From IMG/VR virus record IMGVR_UViG_3300017989_000070: 61,072 nt of DNA, one strand, 5' to 3'. Positions 8,793 through 18,466 of this stretch are shown here, one piece after another. How positions within the stretch are numbered: the stretch's first letter is position 1; the number at the start of each line of letters is the position of its first letter. The notes beneath the pieces are model-generated. The model saw only the letters and a program-made list of their open reading frames with translations, was not told where the DNA came from and did no database searches. Made by a program: the position numbers and the translations under genes. Source of the stretch: an uncultured virus (IMG/VR IMGVR_UViG_3300017989_000070) (Duplodnaviria > Heunggongvirae > Uroviricota > Caudoviricetes).

Positions 8793-10631
8793 TCAACTCA
8801 CCTCAAACCTGGCAGACCCAACGTAGACTGTGTCGTTCTGCTGGGCGTTGGAGGTCACAGTGATCTGGAAGTTGTGGTCCGCTGCCAGGATCTTGTTGTC
8901 GTTCGATGCGACGACTGCCGCCGTGGTAATCGTCTGAGTGAGAACCTGTGGGCCACCGCTCGTGCTCGTCGTCAACTGAGAGACAATCCGAGATGCGGCG
9001 GGGCTCCCCACGGCGCCCAGGTCATAGAGCGTGATCGTCACGTTGCCGAGCGTGATCGTGGGAGTGAGGTTGACGACGAGCTTGACAGAGGTGCTGACCG
9101 TGGAGCCGTCGAACGACAACGCCCCCATCACCTCCTCGATAGGTGTCGCTGCCTCGACGTAGGAGTAGTTCAGCGCCGTGGTGTAGACACCGCCGCCGCC
9201 ACCGCCGCCCCCGCCCCCGATGCTATTCCAAGAACCGTTATACCATTTGAACGTGTAGTTGCCCGAACCGTCATCGAACAGGTAGAGGTCGTTGTTGACA
9301 GGGACCGTAGGGGCAGCGGTTCTCGCTGTCATGGAGAGCGGTGAAACCGCCCCAGCCGTGTCATCAGCTAGAATGAGCTTGTCGCCATCTCTGCCAGCGA
9401 GGAGCGCGTACTGCACGTGGTCGTCGTCGCTGAGCCCCGCGAGGTTCCCGTGGTCCGAGGCGATCCCGGCGGAAGCTCGCTGCACGGCTCGCTGGTCGAC
9501 GTAGTCCGCGCCCTCGTCGGTCGATACCACCCTGGCTTGGACCGCGTTCGTATAGCCGTCCGAGGTCTGGTAGATGACCGTTCCCAACGGCGTCCACTCG
9601 ACGACCGGCAACCCGCTCGTGATGAGGTTGTCCAACTCCGTCGTCGCGCCCTGGCGAGCCGAGACGATGTTGTTGTAATCGGCCTGACCCTGGACCGCAA
9701 TGATGGGCTCGGTCTGGTCGTTCGTCGCGAAGATGTGGCAGAGAACGTAGTCGTTGTTGGTGACCTCGGTCTGGCTCCACGTCCCGCCCGAGAACTCGTT
9801 CCACGCGAGCCTGTCCGAAGCCCCGAATCTCTTGACGGGGAACGTCGTCGCGGCGTCCTTGTTCCAGTCGCCCGAGCCCGACAGGTAGAAGATCGGAGCC
9901 TGGAGGATGGGGGTGAGATCCTGAGGCGAGCCGTCTGTGAACTGAAAAGTGATGTCCTCGTCAGCGATGAAGACCGACCCGCAGTCGAACTGCGCGTGCG
10001 CGTTGACATCCCCTGACTGATCGACAGAGAAATTTCCGAGCGCGCCGCCCGACAGCCACTGCGCGCCGAAGATCTCGTGCAGGTACTGGTGGGTGATGCC
10101 GTCCATGATCGTGCCGTGGCGCTCATCGGCGAGGATGAGATGCGCGGCTGCGGACACGTCCCAGTAGACAATCGCGCAGATCGCGTTCTCGGTCAGGATG
10201 CTCGTCGAGAACGTCTGGGTCGCCTGGAGCACCTCGGAGGAGTCGAGGTAGAAGAACCAGAGGCCCTCGGTGTTGGTGATCGCCTTGGTCTTCGTGCCGA
10301 CCGTGTGCTTGACCCCTTCGACCCAGTAGTCGAAGGTCGCGCCGACTGGCGCGATGGTCAGCGTCAGCGTGCCGTCGTCGAACGAGAGCGTCGTGTCAGT
10401 CCTGTTCGGGAATCCTGTAGGCTCCGACAACGTCGTGAACTGCGCGTCGTAGCTCGTCCCGCCAGCGGACCACGTTCCAGCCGTAGCGTCGGTGCAGGTA
10501 TAGGTCGCGGCCTCCGCGATGGCGTATGCCCGATCCCCTGCCTCAAGATTGGGCTCTGCCGCGTCGTTCGGCAACGCCGCTGCGTTCGCGTATGAACCCC
10601 AGTGACTATGTCGTTGCTGCGTCGGCATCAT
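8793..10631 (-). CDS. tail-fibre/spike-like protein
   Basis: 612 aa, beta-rich; DHGNLAGLSDDDHVQY motif common in phage fibres; poly-Gly hinge before the C-terminal domain. Confidence 0.7.
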   Translation of the reverse strand: MMPTQQRHSHWGSYANAAALPNDAAEPNLEAGDRAYAIAEAATYTCTDATAGTWSAGGTSYDAQFTTLSEPTGFPNRTDTTLSFDDGTLTLTIAPVGATFDYWVEGVKHTVGTKTKAITNTEGLWFFYLDSSEVLQATQTFSTSILTENAICAIVYWDVSAAAHLILADERHGTIMDGITHQYLHEIFGAQWLSGGALGNFSVDQSGDVNAHAQFDCGSVFIADEDITFQFTDGSPQDLTPILQAPIFYLSGSGDWNKDAATTFPVKRFGASDRLAWNEFSGGTWSQTEVTNNDYVLCHIFATNDQTEPIIAVQGQADYNNIVSARQGATTELDNLITSGLPVVEWTPLGTVIYQTSDGYTNAVQARVVSTDEGADYVDQRAVQRASAGIASDHGNLAGLSDDDHVQYALLAGRDGDKLILADDTAGAVSPLSMTARTAAPTVPVNNDLYLFDDGSGNYTFKWYNGSWNSIGGGGGGGGGGVYTTALNYSYVEAATPIEEVMGALSFDGSTVSTSVKLVVNLTPTITLGNVTITLYDLGAVGSPAASRIVSQLTTSTSGGPQVLTQTITTAAVVASNDNKILAADHNFQITVTSNAQQNDTVYVGSARFEVS

Positions 10632-10636
10632 GCCCT

Positions 10637-11851
10637 CTAGATGTTGTGAGAGAAGTCGTTACCAACGCCGAGATCGACGTATGTTGGCCCCCGACCGAAG
10701 TTGTTCGACGTGACGACGTTGTCGCCTGCGGAAGCATCGCAGCGAACGGCGTTGGCCCACGTCCCGGAAGAAGGCCCCCGGTTCCCGTGAATGACATTCT
10801 TGTCAGCGCCCTCCAAAGAGACGGCTCGCTGGTTAGATGGCACCGCACCTACGACCTCGATATGGTTGTTGATGACCGAGCACTGCTCCACACTCGTACC
10901 GAGGAGGATGCCCCTCTCGGTTCCCGCGAAAGCGAGACCCCCTCTGATCTGGTTGCCGTGGACAATGCTGTTCGATGGGTCGGTGAAAGGCGGCGTTACG
11001 GAGGCGAGGACAATGCCGGTCTCGTTCCAAAAAGTGAACACGTTCGTCAGTATCTGCACCGTCCTCTCGGCGTAGACACCTCGGTCCCCTCCAGTGCAGA
11101 CACAGTTTTCCATGGTGACCGCCATTTCATTCGCGCTTGGCGCACCGAAGACCCCAAGACAGTTGAACTCGTTGCCTGGAGCCAGCCCGAGGCTGATCAA
11201 CGAAGGGGCGTTGACGACACAATCAATGATCTTCACATTCTTGGCGACTGCGCCCACGCCAAGATCCCCAGCAGCGAAGGCGTTTCTCAGTGCAGTCGCC
11301 ATCGCGCTAGCCAACGACCATGTACCGGCATTGATGTTGATCTCAACCCGGATGCACCTCGACCCGGTCCCCCTTATCTGCACGACATAGTTGTCTCCGG
11401 TCGCAGTCCCGGTGGTGGGTTCGGCCACGTCGATACCCACATCCATGAGAATAGAGTCGGGGGACGGCAAGAGGAATGCCGACTGGTTGTCTCCGTTGTC
11501 CTTCGTCCCGATGCGTGTCAGCTCCGACCCCGCCCCACGCACGACAACTCCAGCCGGAATTGTGAGGGGAGCAGTCGCCGCACCGGCATTGAGATCGTAG
11601 ACTCCGGGCCGGACGTAGACATCGAGAGCCTGCGTCCCAGGAGCCGTGACCGCTGCCGCCGCGAGCGCGGCCTGAAGCTGTACTCCGTCGCCGACGTCGA
11701 GAAAGTCCACTTCAGACGCGGTGTCCCCCTCGACGCTGTTCCCGACCACGATGGCATGGGTCAATATGCCGCCGCCGCCACTGCTCCCACTCCCTCCAAG
11801 ACCGCTCCCGGTTACCGGGAGGGTATCTATCGAAACGCCTCGCGTGCTCAT
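10637..11851 (-). CDS. right-handed beta-helix (pectin-lyase-like) spike protein
   Basis: LQAALAAA..VYVRPGVY..VVVRGAG entry motif; repeated xxGN/xxNN rungs. Confidence 0.8.
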   Translation of the reverse strand: MSTRGVSIDTLPVTGSGLGGSGSSGGGGILTHAIVVGNSVEGDTASEVDFLDVGDGVQLQAALAAAAVTAPGTQALDVYVRPGVYDLNAGAATAPLTIPAGVVVRGAGSELTRIGTKDNGDNQSAFLLPSPDSILMDVGIDVAEPTTGTATGDNYVVQIRGTGSRCIRVEININAGTWSLASAMATALRNAFAAGDLGVGAVAKNVKIIDCVVNAPSLISLGLAPGNEFNCLGVFGAPSANEMAVTMENCVCTGGDRGVYAERTVQILTNVFTFWNETGIVLASVTPPFTDPSNSIVHGNQIRGGLAFAGTERGILLGTSVEQCSVINNHIEVVGAVPSNQRAVSLEGADKNVIHGNRGPSSGTWANAVRCDASAGDNVVTSNNFGRGPTYVDLGVGNDFSHNI

Positions 11852-11855
11852 GAGA

Positions 11856-12197
11856 TCAGGTCTCCGCTCGACCGATGAAGAGGTATCCCGCGTCAGTGAA
11901 GTTCGGGTCCTCGATCACCGCCACCTGATCGTCGGAAGAACCTTGGGGCTCGTGCTCGTAGATAGCGCCAGGGGCGAGGGGGAAGCTGCCGCCGGTCGCA
12001 ACGGGGCTCCCCGAGGGCAGGACCGCGGTGACCGACGAGCCACCGATCTTGATCCAACACACCTTGGTCGCCCATATTTGGAATTTCTTCCAATGGGTCA
12101 ACGCGGTGGACCGCTGAGAGGCGGCACCAATAGTGATACGCTGTCCCTCGTCATCGACAGGGCGGAAGACAGCCTGGGGGAGTACGCGGTCCTGCAT
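11856..12197 (-). CDS. small beta-sandwich virion protein (cement/spike-base-like)
   Basis: Alternating beta strands, SFPLAPG motif; ATG 7 nt below TATTCT. Confidence 0.5.
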   Translation of the reverse strand: MQDRVLPQAVFRPVDDEGQRITIGAASQRSTALTHWKKFQIWATKVCWIKIGGSSVTAVLPSGSPVATGGSFPLAPGAIYEHEPQGSSDDQVAVIEDPNFTDAGYLFIGRAET

Positions 12198-12248
12198 AGC
12201 TGGCAGAATAGCACCGGCTGTCTTGACGACACAAGCGAGGGCCAAACG

Positions 12249-12416
12249 TCATCGGGGGCCCTCGACGTAGATGTCCCACTCGACGCTCTCACGAGGGTCG
12301 TAGAGGTTCATCGTTCCCGGACCGCCAGGAGGGCAGCATGGGTTCCTGAACGGGACATCCTTGTGGCTCCACGAGTACCACACCAGGGCTCCGAGGCCGA
12401 GAAGTACGAAGTGCAT
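12249..12416 (-). CDS. small membrane protein containing RNP motif
   Basis: MHFVLLGLGALVWYSW..FRNPCC; TACCAT 6 nt upstream of ATG. Confidence 0.5.
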   Translation of the reverse strand: MHFVLLGLGALVWYSWSHKDVPFRNPCCPPGGPGTMNLYDPRESVEWDIYVEGPR

Positions 12417-12442
12417 GAGCCGATGGTAGAAGGTCGGCCTGG

Positions 12443-12871
12443 TCAGCGCAAATGGTGGGGGCGGGGTGTCATGCCTCGTGCGCCCGGCCCCGCGCACTGC
12501 ACGAGGTCCTCGTCGTAGTAGATGACCCACCCGGTCAACCACTCGGCAAGGATGTCGGCACGGCGCTCCTCGTCAGTCGAGTAAGGGACACGGAGGGACT
12601 CACATACCCGCTGAAACCCCTGGTCCGAGAGCAGTCCGAGGTCGAGGATGTGCCCGGCCTCATGAGCCAGAACTCCGCGAAGCCGCGAGACTTTCCCGGT
12701 GACTAACTCAGGATGAAGACGGAGTACGACCGGATGAGATAATTCGACATCGGCGAAGTGGCGGGGCTTTTCCCGCACCTCGGGAGTGACCTCGATCAAG
12801 ACCTCGGGCGAGCCGGGGAACATGGCCTCGACCTGGCCGTAGATGCTCTCCCACTCGCCGCGCCAGGTCAT
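12443..12871 (-). CDS. zincin-like metallopeptidase (HExxH)
   Basis: GVLAHEAGH..EERRAD. Confidence 0.7.
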   Translation of the reverse strand: MTWRGEWESIYGQVEAMFPGSPEVLIEVTPEVREKPRHFADVELSHPVVLRLHPELVTGKVSRLRGVLAHEAGHILDLGLLSDQGFQRVCESLRVPYSTDEERRADILAEWLTGWVIYYDEDLVQCAGPGARGMTPRPHHLR

Positions 12872-13485
12872 ACGATGGACCGGAGGTCAGGCACGCGAAC
12901 ATTGTCGGGGATGGCGACATCATAGACTTCGAGCCACGCACCGGGGCCGAACTCGCCGTCGTTCTCCACGATGGACTCGTGGGTGATGACCTTCTGGGCG
13001 AACCAGCCGAACCTGTCGGGCTCGATGTCGTAGAGGCGCTTCTTCGGAAAACCGGGGACCTCCGGCGCGTTCGAGGGCGAGCCCCGCATCACGCCGATGT
13101 GGAAGGCACGCCGGGTCATCTCCGCCGTCCACTCCCAGACCTCGGTGTCGTCGCGGTAGAAGTAGAAGTCGGGCTGCTTGCCGCGCAGGTGGTTGTCACG
13201 CTTCAGGATGGTGTAGTAGGCGTTGAAGAACGCGGCCATGCCCACCAGTCGGCCCATGCCGTTCAGGTTGGTCCGTGTCGCCTTCAGGTGCTCCCGGAGC
13301 TTCTCGAAGTCGAAGCCCCCCTCGTGGAGCGCGTCCCAGAGTACGAGGGCGTACTCCAGATCCCCGCCCTTGGGCGTCGGGACCTTGATGTGCATCGGGA
13401 GGATGTGCTCCTCCCAGTACGTGTACCCGTCGTAGGCGTCGAGGAGCCCAGCGAGAAACATGTTCTGCGCGCGTGCTGTCGTCAT
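12868..13485 (-). CDS. hypothetical protein
   Basis: 205 aa, ATGA overlaps on both sides. Confidence 0.7.
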   Translation of the reverse strand: MTTARAQNMFLAGLLDAYDGYTYWEEHILPMHIKVPTPKGGDLEYALVLWDALHEGGFDFEKLREHLKATRTNLNGMGRLVGMAAFFNAYYTILKRDNHLRGKQPDFYFYRDDTEVWEWTAEMTRRAFHIGVMRGSPSNAPEVPGFPKKRLYDIEPDRFGWFAQKVITHESIVENDGEFGPGAWLEVYDVAIPDNVRVPDLRSIV

Positions 13486-13799
13486 CGGTAGAAGCCCTCA
13501 TCGTCGTCGAAGGCGACGGCGATCCAACCCCGGTCGAGGTCCTTGTAGAAGAAGACGACCGGCGGATGCCCACCCTCTGGCCCCTGCTGCCGGTACTGTT
13601 CTTCGTAGACGACCTCGGCGACAGTGCGTAACGTGTACGGGCGGAAACGGTGCTCTTCGGAGGGGTCGTTGGGATCGAAGTACGCGGCCTCGCCGTCGTC
13701 CATGTCCGCCTCGATGTACTGCTGCCCGTCCAGATCGAAAAGCTCGACGACCTCGACGTAGTCCTCGATGTCGTCGTCCCAGTATTTCCTCGTGTTCAT
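13482..13799 (-). CDS. acidic hypothetical protein
   Basis: 105 aa; TAGAGT 6 nt upstream of ATG. Confidence 0.65.
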   Translation of the reverse strand: MNTRKYWDDDIEDYVEVVELFDLDGQQYIEADMDDGEAAYFDPNDPSEEHRFRPYTLRTVAEVVYEEQYRQQGPEGGHPPVVFFYKDLDRGWIAVAFDDDEGFYR

Positions 13800-13803
13800 G
13801 ACC

Positions 13804-14067
13804 CTACTCTACCGCGTTAATGCGCCGCAGGAAAACCGGCGTCCTGGGCCCCACCCACGCGCCTTCGATGTTGAAGCTGAAGAACTCCTCGGCCTCCTCG
13901 TGGGTCATGCCGTCTCTGTCGATCATCTTCTGGATGATGGCTTCGCCGTCGTACACGACCAGAAGCTCGCGGCCCGGGGAGTATGCTGTGCCGAGAATGC
14001 AGTCGTCCCACCCGTCCGCCATGAGGAGATCGGAGTCCACCTCGGCGAGTCGGTCTCGAATGTCCAT
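13804..14067 (-). CDS. conserved phage hypothetical protein
   Basis: ADGWDDCILG..EEAEEFFSFNIEGAWVGPRTPVF, a widespread phage family. Confidence 0.8.
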   Translation of the reverse strand: MDIRDRLAEVDSDLLMADGWDDCILGTAYSPGRELLVVYDGEAIIQKMIDRDGMTHEEAEEFFSFNIEGAWVGPRTPVFLRRINAVE

Positions 14068-14098
14068 GTGCCGAACGTAGCAGAGGAAGAGCGAGGAG

Positions 14099-14698
14099 TC
14101 AGCTTTCCCACGTCGCGAGGAACGCCTTGACCGACTTGCCAGCGGCTGTCGTGATGCCGCCTGCCTCGATGGTCTTCGCCGCGATCGTGAGGCGCTTCTC
14201 GACGGTGGCGAGGTCGGAGTTCGCCACCGCGTAGTAGACCAGCAGATCCGCCAGCGACGAAGGTTCGAGAAGCTCACCAGTCAGGAGCCAGTGCACCTCC
14301 ATCGTCGTGGTGTATGCCTCGGCCTCGTAGGCCGCGCGCTTGGCCGAGTCGATGAGGTAGTGGAAGGAGAACTTCATCCCGCCGTCGCGGGTGAACTGGT
14401 GGGCGTGCTGGTTCTCGTGCGCGAGCGTGCGCGCCTGGGAGATGAGCCCCCTGCTGGTGTCCTCCCCGGCCAGGTCGAAGGAGAGGTAGATGGTGCGCCC
14501 GATGGTGGTCGTGAACCGCTGGAGGAACAACTCCGCGTCCATCACGCCCAGGTCTTCGAGGAACTGGGAGACCATCAGCATCTCGGCAGCGTCCGCCTTG
14601 TCGACGAGCCGGGTGCGGAACTCGGCGGACAGGTGGTCGTTGAGCGCGAGAACGAACTCGGGGGTGACCTCTACCACGGCGTCTCTCCTTTCACCCAC
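14099..14698 (-). CDS. zincin-like metallopeptidase (HExxH)
   Basis: TTTIGRTIY..TLAHENQHAHQF..YEAEAY. Confidence 0.7.
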   Translation of the reverse strand: MGERRDAVVEVTPEFVLALNDHLSAEFRTRLVDKADAAEMLMVSQFLEDLGVMDAELFLQRFTTTIGRTIYLSFDLAGEDTSRGLISQARTLAHENQHAHQFTRDGGMKFSFHYLIDSAKRAAYEAEAYTTTMEVHWLLTGELLEPSSLADLLVYYAVANSDLATVEKRLTIAAKTIEAGGITTAAGKSVKAFLATWES

Positions 14699-15813
14699 CG
14701 CACGCAGCGAAGGATGTGGTCCGGGCGCACCCGGTACTCCAGCATCGAGGGCAGGTACTCCTCGACGCCTTCCATGTCGACCTCGGCGGCGAGGTAGCCC
14801 ACGCCAGCTAGATCCACGTCCACGAAGTGCTCGGCCTCGGCCATCGAGAAGACCGGGTTGTAGCGCACGCCTGCGCCCTCGGCGAAAGCGAGGTAGGCGG
14901 TGTAGAACCGGAAGACTTCCTCGGGCTCAGCTTCCGGTGCCAGTTCCTGGCCCCAGGAGCCCCGGTGGTAGTCCTGAACCTGCTGGAGCACCCCGTCCCC
15001 CCTGACGTGCTCCAGAAGCTCCTGTACGTCGATCTCGCCGCGGGAAATGAGCACCGCCTCGACCAGGCACCGGGCGATCTCCGCGGCGATCTCCTCGTCG
15101 GCAGTGAAGCTCACGGTCGGGAGCACTCCGCCCATCTGGCCGATGCCTCGCTGACCCTTCGGCCCCCCGGGGTCGAAGCCTTCAGCGCACAGAGGGCCTG
15201 CGACGACCGAGGCGTGGTAGAGCACCTCGACCGGCTCGGTGACGGGGTCCTGACCCGTGATGAGCCAGATCATGCCCTGGACGCGGTCCCTGCCGTCGAG
15301 CAGGACCTCGACGAGGTTCGCGGCGGTCTGGGGCAGGTGGGCAAGCTCGACAGCGATGTCACGAGTGAAGCCCATCGGGTCATCACCGAAGTCCTTCTCC
15401 CACCCTTCGAGGATTCGTTGCTCGCCTGCGTCCTCGATCGCGACGAGAGCCTCCTGGGGCTGGGCTAGCTCGTCGAGCACCTCGTCAATGTGCTCCAACA
15501 GCCGGGGGAGCCACTTCCGCGCATCATCGGGGAACTGAAGAACCGCATCGAGCGGGAACCAGTCATGGCTCGCGGCGCGATCGAGCCAGTAGAACGTCTG
15601 CTCCATGTCGAGGTTGTAGCCACTGGAATCGCGAACGTCCACGTAGCTGAACCCCCAGCGGACCCACTCCCACCAGGGGTCGTCTTCATTGCCGATGCTC
15701 CTAATCCTGTCGAGGACGTCAAGCAGGTATCGGCTGCGCCCGGCAAGCTCATCACGAAAGCTGCGGAGCCACTCGATGCGCCAGATAGGTGGCGTGGCGA
15801 CGTTACGCTGCAT
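14671..15813 (-). CDS. ADP-ribosyltransferase-like protein
   Basis: LYHAS..EGF..TVSFTADEEIA..LEYRV (H-S-E type ART strands). Confidence 0.6.
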   Translation of the reverse strand: MQRNVATPPIWRIEWLRSFRDELAGRSRYLLDVLDRIRSIGNEDDPWWEWVRWGFSYVDVRDSSGYNLDMEQTFYWLDRAASHDWFPLDAVLQFPDDARKWLPRLLEHIDEVLDELAQPQEALVAIEDAGEQRILEGWEKDFGDDPMGFTRDIAVELAHLPQTAANLVEVLLDGRDRVQGMIWLITGQDPVTEPVEVLYHASVVAGPLCAEGFDPGGPKGQRGIGQMGGVLPTVSFTADEEIAAEIARCLVEAVLISRGEIDVQELLEHVRGDGVLQQVQDYHRGSWGQELAPEAEPEEVFRFYTAYLAFAEGAGVRYNPVFSMAEAEHFVDVDLAGVGYLAAEVDMEGVEEYLPSMLEYRVRPDHILRCVRWVKGETPW

Positions 15814-15826
15814 GTTCACTCCCACA

Positions 15827-16498
15827 TCAAACCCAAGCAAACTTTCTATTTTCCACAACCCCGACAAGAAGGTCGAGAGACAATCGTTTCGGGAAAAGTA
15901 TCTCCGCCATCCTTTGTGCCGCCCGTGGGTTGATCGGAATCTGCCCGTCAATGCTAGCAAAATTCAAAGCTGCTTCAATAAGATCGTTGGGTTTTTCACC
16001 CTCGCCGCACGCCCAGTCTATCCACCTCAAGGCGTCACTGCCGGTAAAACGAGTCACAGATTGCAGTTTGCGGAACTCCTGTAGAACCTTGTCCGGCTCC
16101 ATGAACCAAAAGTTGTCGTGGTTTTCTTCATCTTCCCACAGATCCTCGCCATGCCTCATGGCCAGGAGTCTGTAAGACCCGTCAAGATCTTTCATTCCTA
16201 CAACTGCGCCTTTTTCGACAAGCTCACGAGGATCAAAAACAAAAATATATCCTTCATCAGATCGAAGCTCCGAAGGTCTTCCTAGCGTAAGAAAAACATG
16301 TCCTGCATCCCCCGCGAGCCAATCCGTAGGGTAGGTATGTTCCGAGTAACCCCCCAACTCCTCAAGAGAGAGCAGCGCCCCTCCCTCCACGATATTCCGA
16401 TAAATGTCGGAAATATCATCCCACTCTGAAAAAATACTATGATAAGCCCAGCAACCCTCGGGGTACTCAGAGCCTTGAGCCGTCAACGGATTACGCAT
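15827..16498 (-). CDS. ART-fold protein (DarT-like), starts MRNP
   Basis: AYHS..IVEGGALLSL..VFLTLG..FVFD..AEILFPKRLSL; lower GC. Confidence 0.6.
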   Translation of the reverse strand: MRNPLTAQGSEYPEGCWAYHSIFSEWDDISDIYRNIVEGGALLSLEELGGYSEHTYPTDWLAGDAGHVFLTLGRPSELRSDEGYIFVFDPRELVEKGAVVGMKDLDGSYRLLAMRHGEDLWEDEENHDNFWFMEPDKVLQEFRKLQSVTRFTGSDALRWIDWACGEGEKPNDLIEAALNFASIDGQIPINPRAAQRMAEILFPKRLSLDLLVGVVENRKFAWV

Positions 16499-16751
16499 GT
16501 CTCACCTTCACGCGGAAGACCGGCGTGGGGGTCGGCCCCAGGATTTCGAGCACCCCCACGATGTCGAACAGTCTCTCGCGCCCAGGGCTCACGAGCTTCA
16601 TCTGGTCCCCGATCTCCACGACCTGCGCACGGGGGACGAGATCACGAGGGCGGGGCAAGTCGAAGACATCCATGTCGCCGAGCCCGTCGAGAACGTCCTC
16701 GGGTACATCGACGACATGCACCCACTGCCCCTCTACAGGTCCGGCAGGCAT
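16491..16751 (-). CDS. hypothetical protein
   Basis: 86 aa, overlaps both neighbours. Confidence 0.5.
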   Translation of the reverse strand: MPAGPVEGQWVHVVDVPEDVLDGLGDMDVFDLPRPRDLVPRAQVVEIGDQMKLVSPGRERLFDIVGVLEILGPTPTPVFRVKVRHA

Positions 16752-16954
16752 ACGTGGTCTCCATCACCGTCAACACGGCACACGAAGGGGAAGTCCCCCT
16801 CCACGTCCCCGCAGTCGGCCACGACCTCCCAACGGCCCCGGGCGTCGCAGATCTGCGCGACATCCTCGGCGCAGCGGGTCTGGAGGTGCTGACAGAGGGG
16901 AGCGCCTGCGGGGCAGGCAGTGAGCACGAGCGCGAAGATCAACAGGTAGCGCAT
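16733..16954 (-). CDS. small Cys-rich lipoprotein
   Basis: Lipobox LTAC plus six further Cys; GGAG RBS. Confidence 0.7.
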   Translation of the reverse strand: MRYLLIFALVLTACPAGAPLCQHLQTRCAEDVAQICDARGRWEVVADCGDVEGDFPFVCRVDGDGDHVCLPDL

Positions 16955-16963
16955 GTTCCTCTC

Positions 16964-17140
16964 CTACGTCACGTCCTCGAATGGTACGGGGCACCCCGGG
17001 CAGGTGTCCACCGACGCCTGCTCGTCAGGCGAGAGATTCTTCCAGAGCTTCTCCATCTCGGAGCGCACGCGCTTGGCCTCGCGGCCTCGGGCTTCGACAA
17101 GCTCCTCGCGCAGTTCGAGGTAGCGATCGAGGTCCGTCAC
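16964..17140 (-). CDS. hypothetical protein (58 aa, not in ORF track)
   Basis: GTGA overlap; VTDLDRYLELREEL..CPGCP. Confidence 0.55.
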   Translation of the reverse strand: MTDLDRYLELREELVEARGREAKRVRSEMEKLWKNLSPDEQASVDTCPGCPVPFEDVT

Positions 17141-17706
17141 GCCGTGGCCTCAATAGGGTCGTCAAGCTCCTGCCCATTGATTTCAGTGATGAGGATGGGC
17201 GCACCCTCGTCGACTCGGACCTCACACTCTTCCTCACCGAACTCGATGAAAGCGGCGTAGCCCCCCTCCCAGTCGATGTTCTCGGGGCGGACGACACCCG
17301 TCAGCACGAAGTCGGGGAGAACCGCACTCCCCCAGTGAGACTGTGCACAGTGGTACTCGTAGGACCAGAACACGCCCACGCCCTTGCGGCGGATGTACCT
17401 CCGGTCGCGGACCGAGATCGAGCGGTACAGTTCGACCGCGTCCTTCTCCTCGGCTTCGAGCATGAACCCCACGTAGAAGTCGGTGCGCTCCAGAACCTCG
17501 TTCGCCTTCACGATCTGCTCGAAGAGGTCGTAGTCTTCCGCTTCGGCCTCTTCAATATCCCGCCCTGCAAGGGCAAGCACACCGTCGTAGCTCATCAACT
17601 CGTAGGGCAGCGGGACATTTGCGTGGTCTTTCTCGTTCTCCAGCCACCACTCGATGGCCTTCTTTTCATCGCGAAGGTGATCAGGGAGTCGCGGGTTGCG
17701 CTTCAT
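17137..17706 (-). CDS. ADP-ribosyltransferase-like protein (R-S-E), starts MKRNP
   Basis: LYRSI..GVFWSY..EEECEVRV; paralog of 19885-20436. Confidence 0.65.
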   Translation of the reverse strand: MKRNPRLPDHLRDEKKAIEWWLENEKDHANVPLPYELMSYDGVLALAGRDIEEAEAEDYDLFEQIVKANEVLERTDFYVGFMLEAEEKDAVELYRSISVRDRRYIRRKGVGVFWSYEYHCAQSHWGSAVLPDFVLTGVVRPENIDWEGGYAAFIEFGEEECEVRVDEGAPILITEINGQELDDPIEATA

Positions 17707-17719
17707 GAGAACCTCTCCT

Positions 17720-18466
17720 TCACCAGGGCAACCCCTTGCGCCAGTTCTTGTACGCCTTGGAGTTCCTCTTCAACCAACTCATGGCCTCGATCGTCGCGTT
17801 CGCCGAATCGAATGTGCGCACCTGGCCGGTGTCCGCGGAACGCGCCAGCACGTAGGTCCCCTCGTCGTACAACGTGCCGGTGCGCTGCGACATGAGGCTC
17901 CCGACGAAGTACACTCGCCATTCGCGAGGGCCGACCTTCTTGGCGAAATCATCCCCCTGCGCTTGGTCTCTGCCGAACTTCTTCATCTTGAAGCCGAAGG
18001 GCCACATGTGGCCTTTGATGGCCTCTTCGCCTTGCCACTCCCGGTACGGGTTCTTCTCCGTCACCAGCGCCATGATGGCGCTCGCGAGCGGCGTCGGCTG
18101 CTTCGTCGGCGACTGGAAACCGCAGGGTATGCCCTCGACGTAGAGCACCTCGGGGTCCTCGAACTGGGACGCGGTGGGGTCGTAGATGATGCCCTCCTCG
18201 TCCTCGATCCACCAGTGGGTGCCCCGCTCGCCGTCCTCGTCCTCGTAGACCGCGTAGAAGGGCTTCAGCCCCGCGTCCTTGCCCCCGGCGAGGTAGTAGA
18301 CCGCCTCGGCCCCCGCGGCGCAGAAGCCGGTCGTCGCCGGGCACCCCACCTCGTGCATGGGGAGGTAGGTCCGCCGCCACCTGGGGGGCGCGGCGCACGC
18401 GAGGTCGAGCGCGTTGTCCTCGATGGCCTGCTCGACGGCGAGGGTGATGCGGTCGAGGCGGGTCAC
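17720..18466 (-). CDS. papain/transglutaminase-fold protein plus a second domain after KNP
   Basis: GFCAAGAEA..THWW..YDPTASQF (Cys-His-Asp); GTGA overlap. Confidence 0.65.
   Translation of the reverse strand: MTRLDRITLAVEQAIEDNALDLACAAPPRWRRTYLPMHEVGCPATTGFCAAGAEAVYYLAGGKDAGLKPFYAVYEDEDGERGTHWWIEDEEGIIYDPTASQFEDPEVLYVEGIPCGFQSPTKQPTPLASAIMALVTEKNPYREWQGEEAIKGHMWPFGFKMKKFGRDQAQGDDFAKKVGPREWRVYFVGSLMSQRTGTLYDEGTYVLARSADTGQVRTFDSANATIEAMSWLKRNSKAYKNWRKGLPW

Noticed and set aside
15827..16498. DarTG toxin-antitoxin system
   Set aside because: No macrodomain or NADAR partner is recognisable next to the DarT-like gene.
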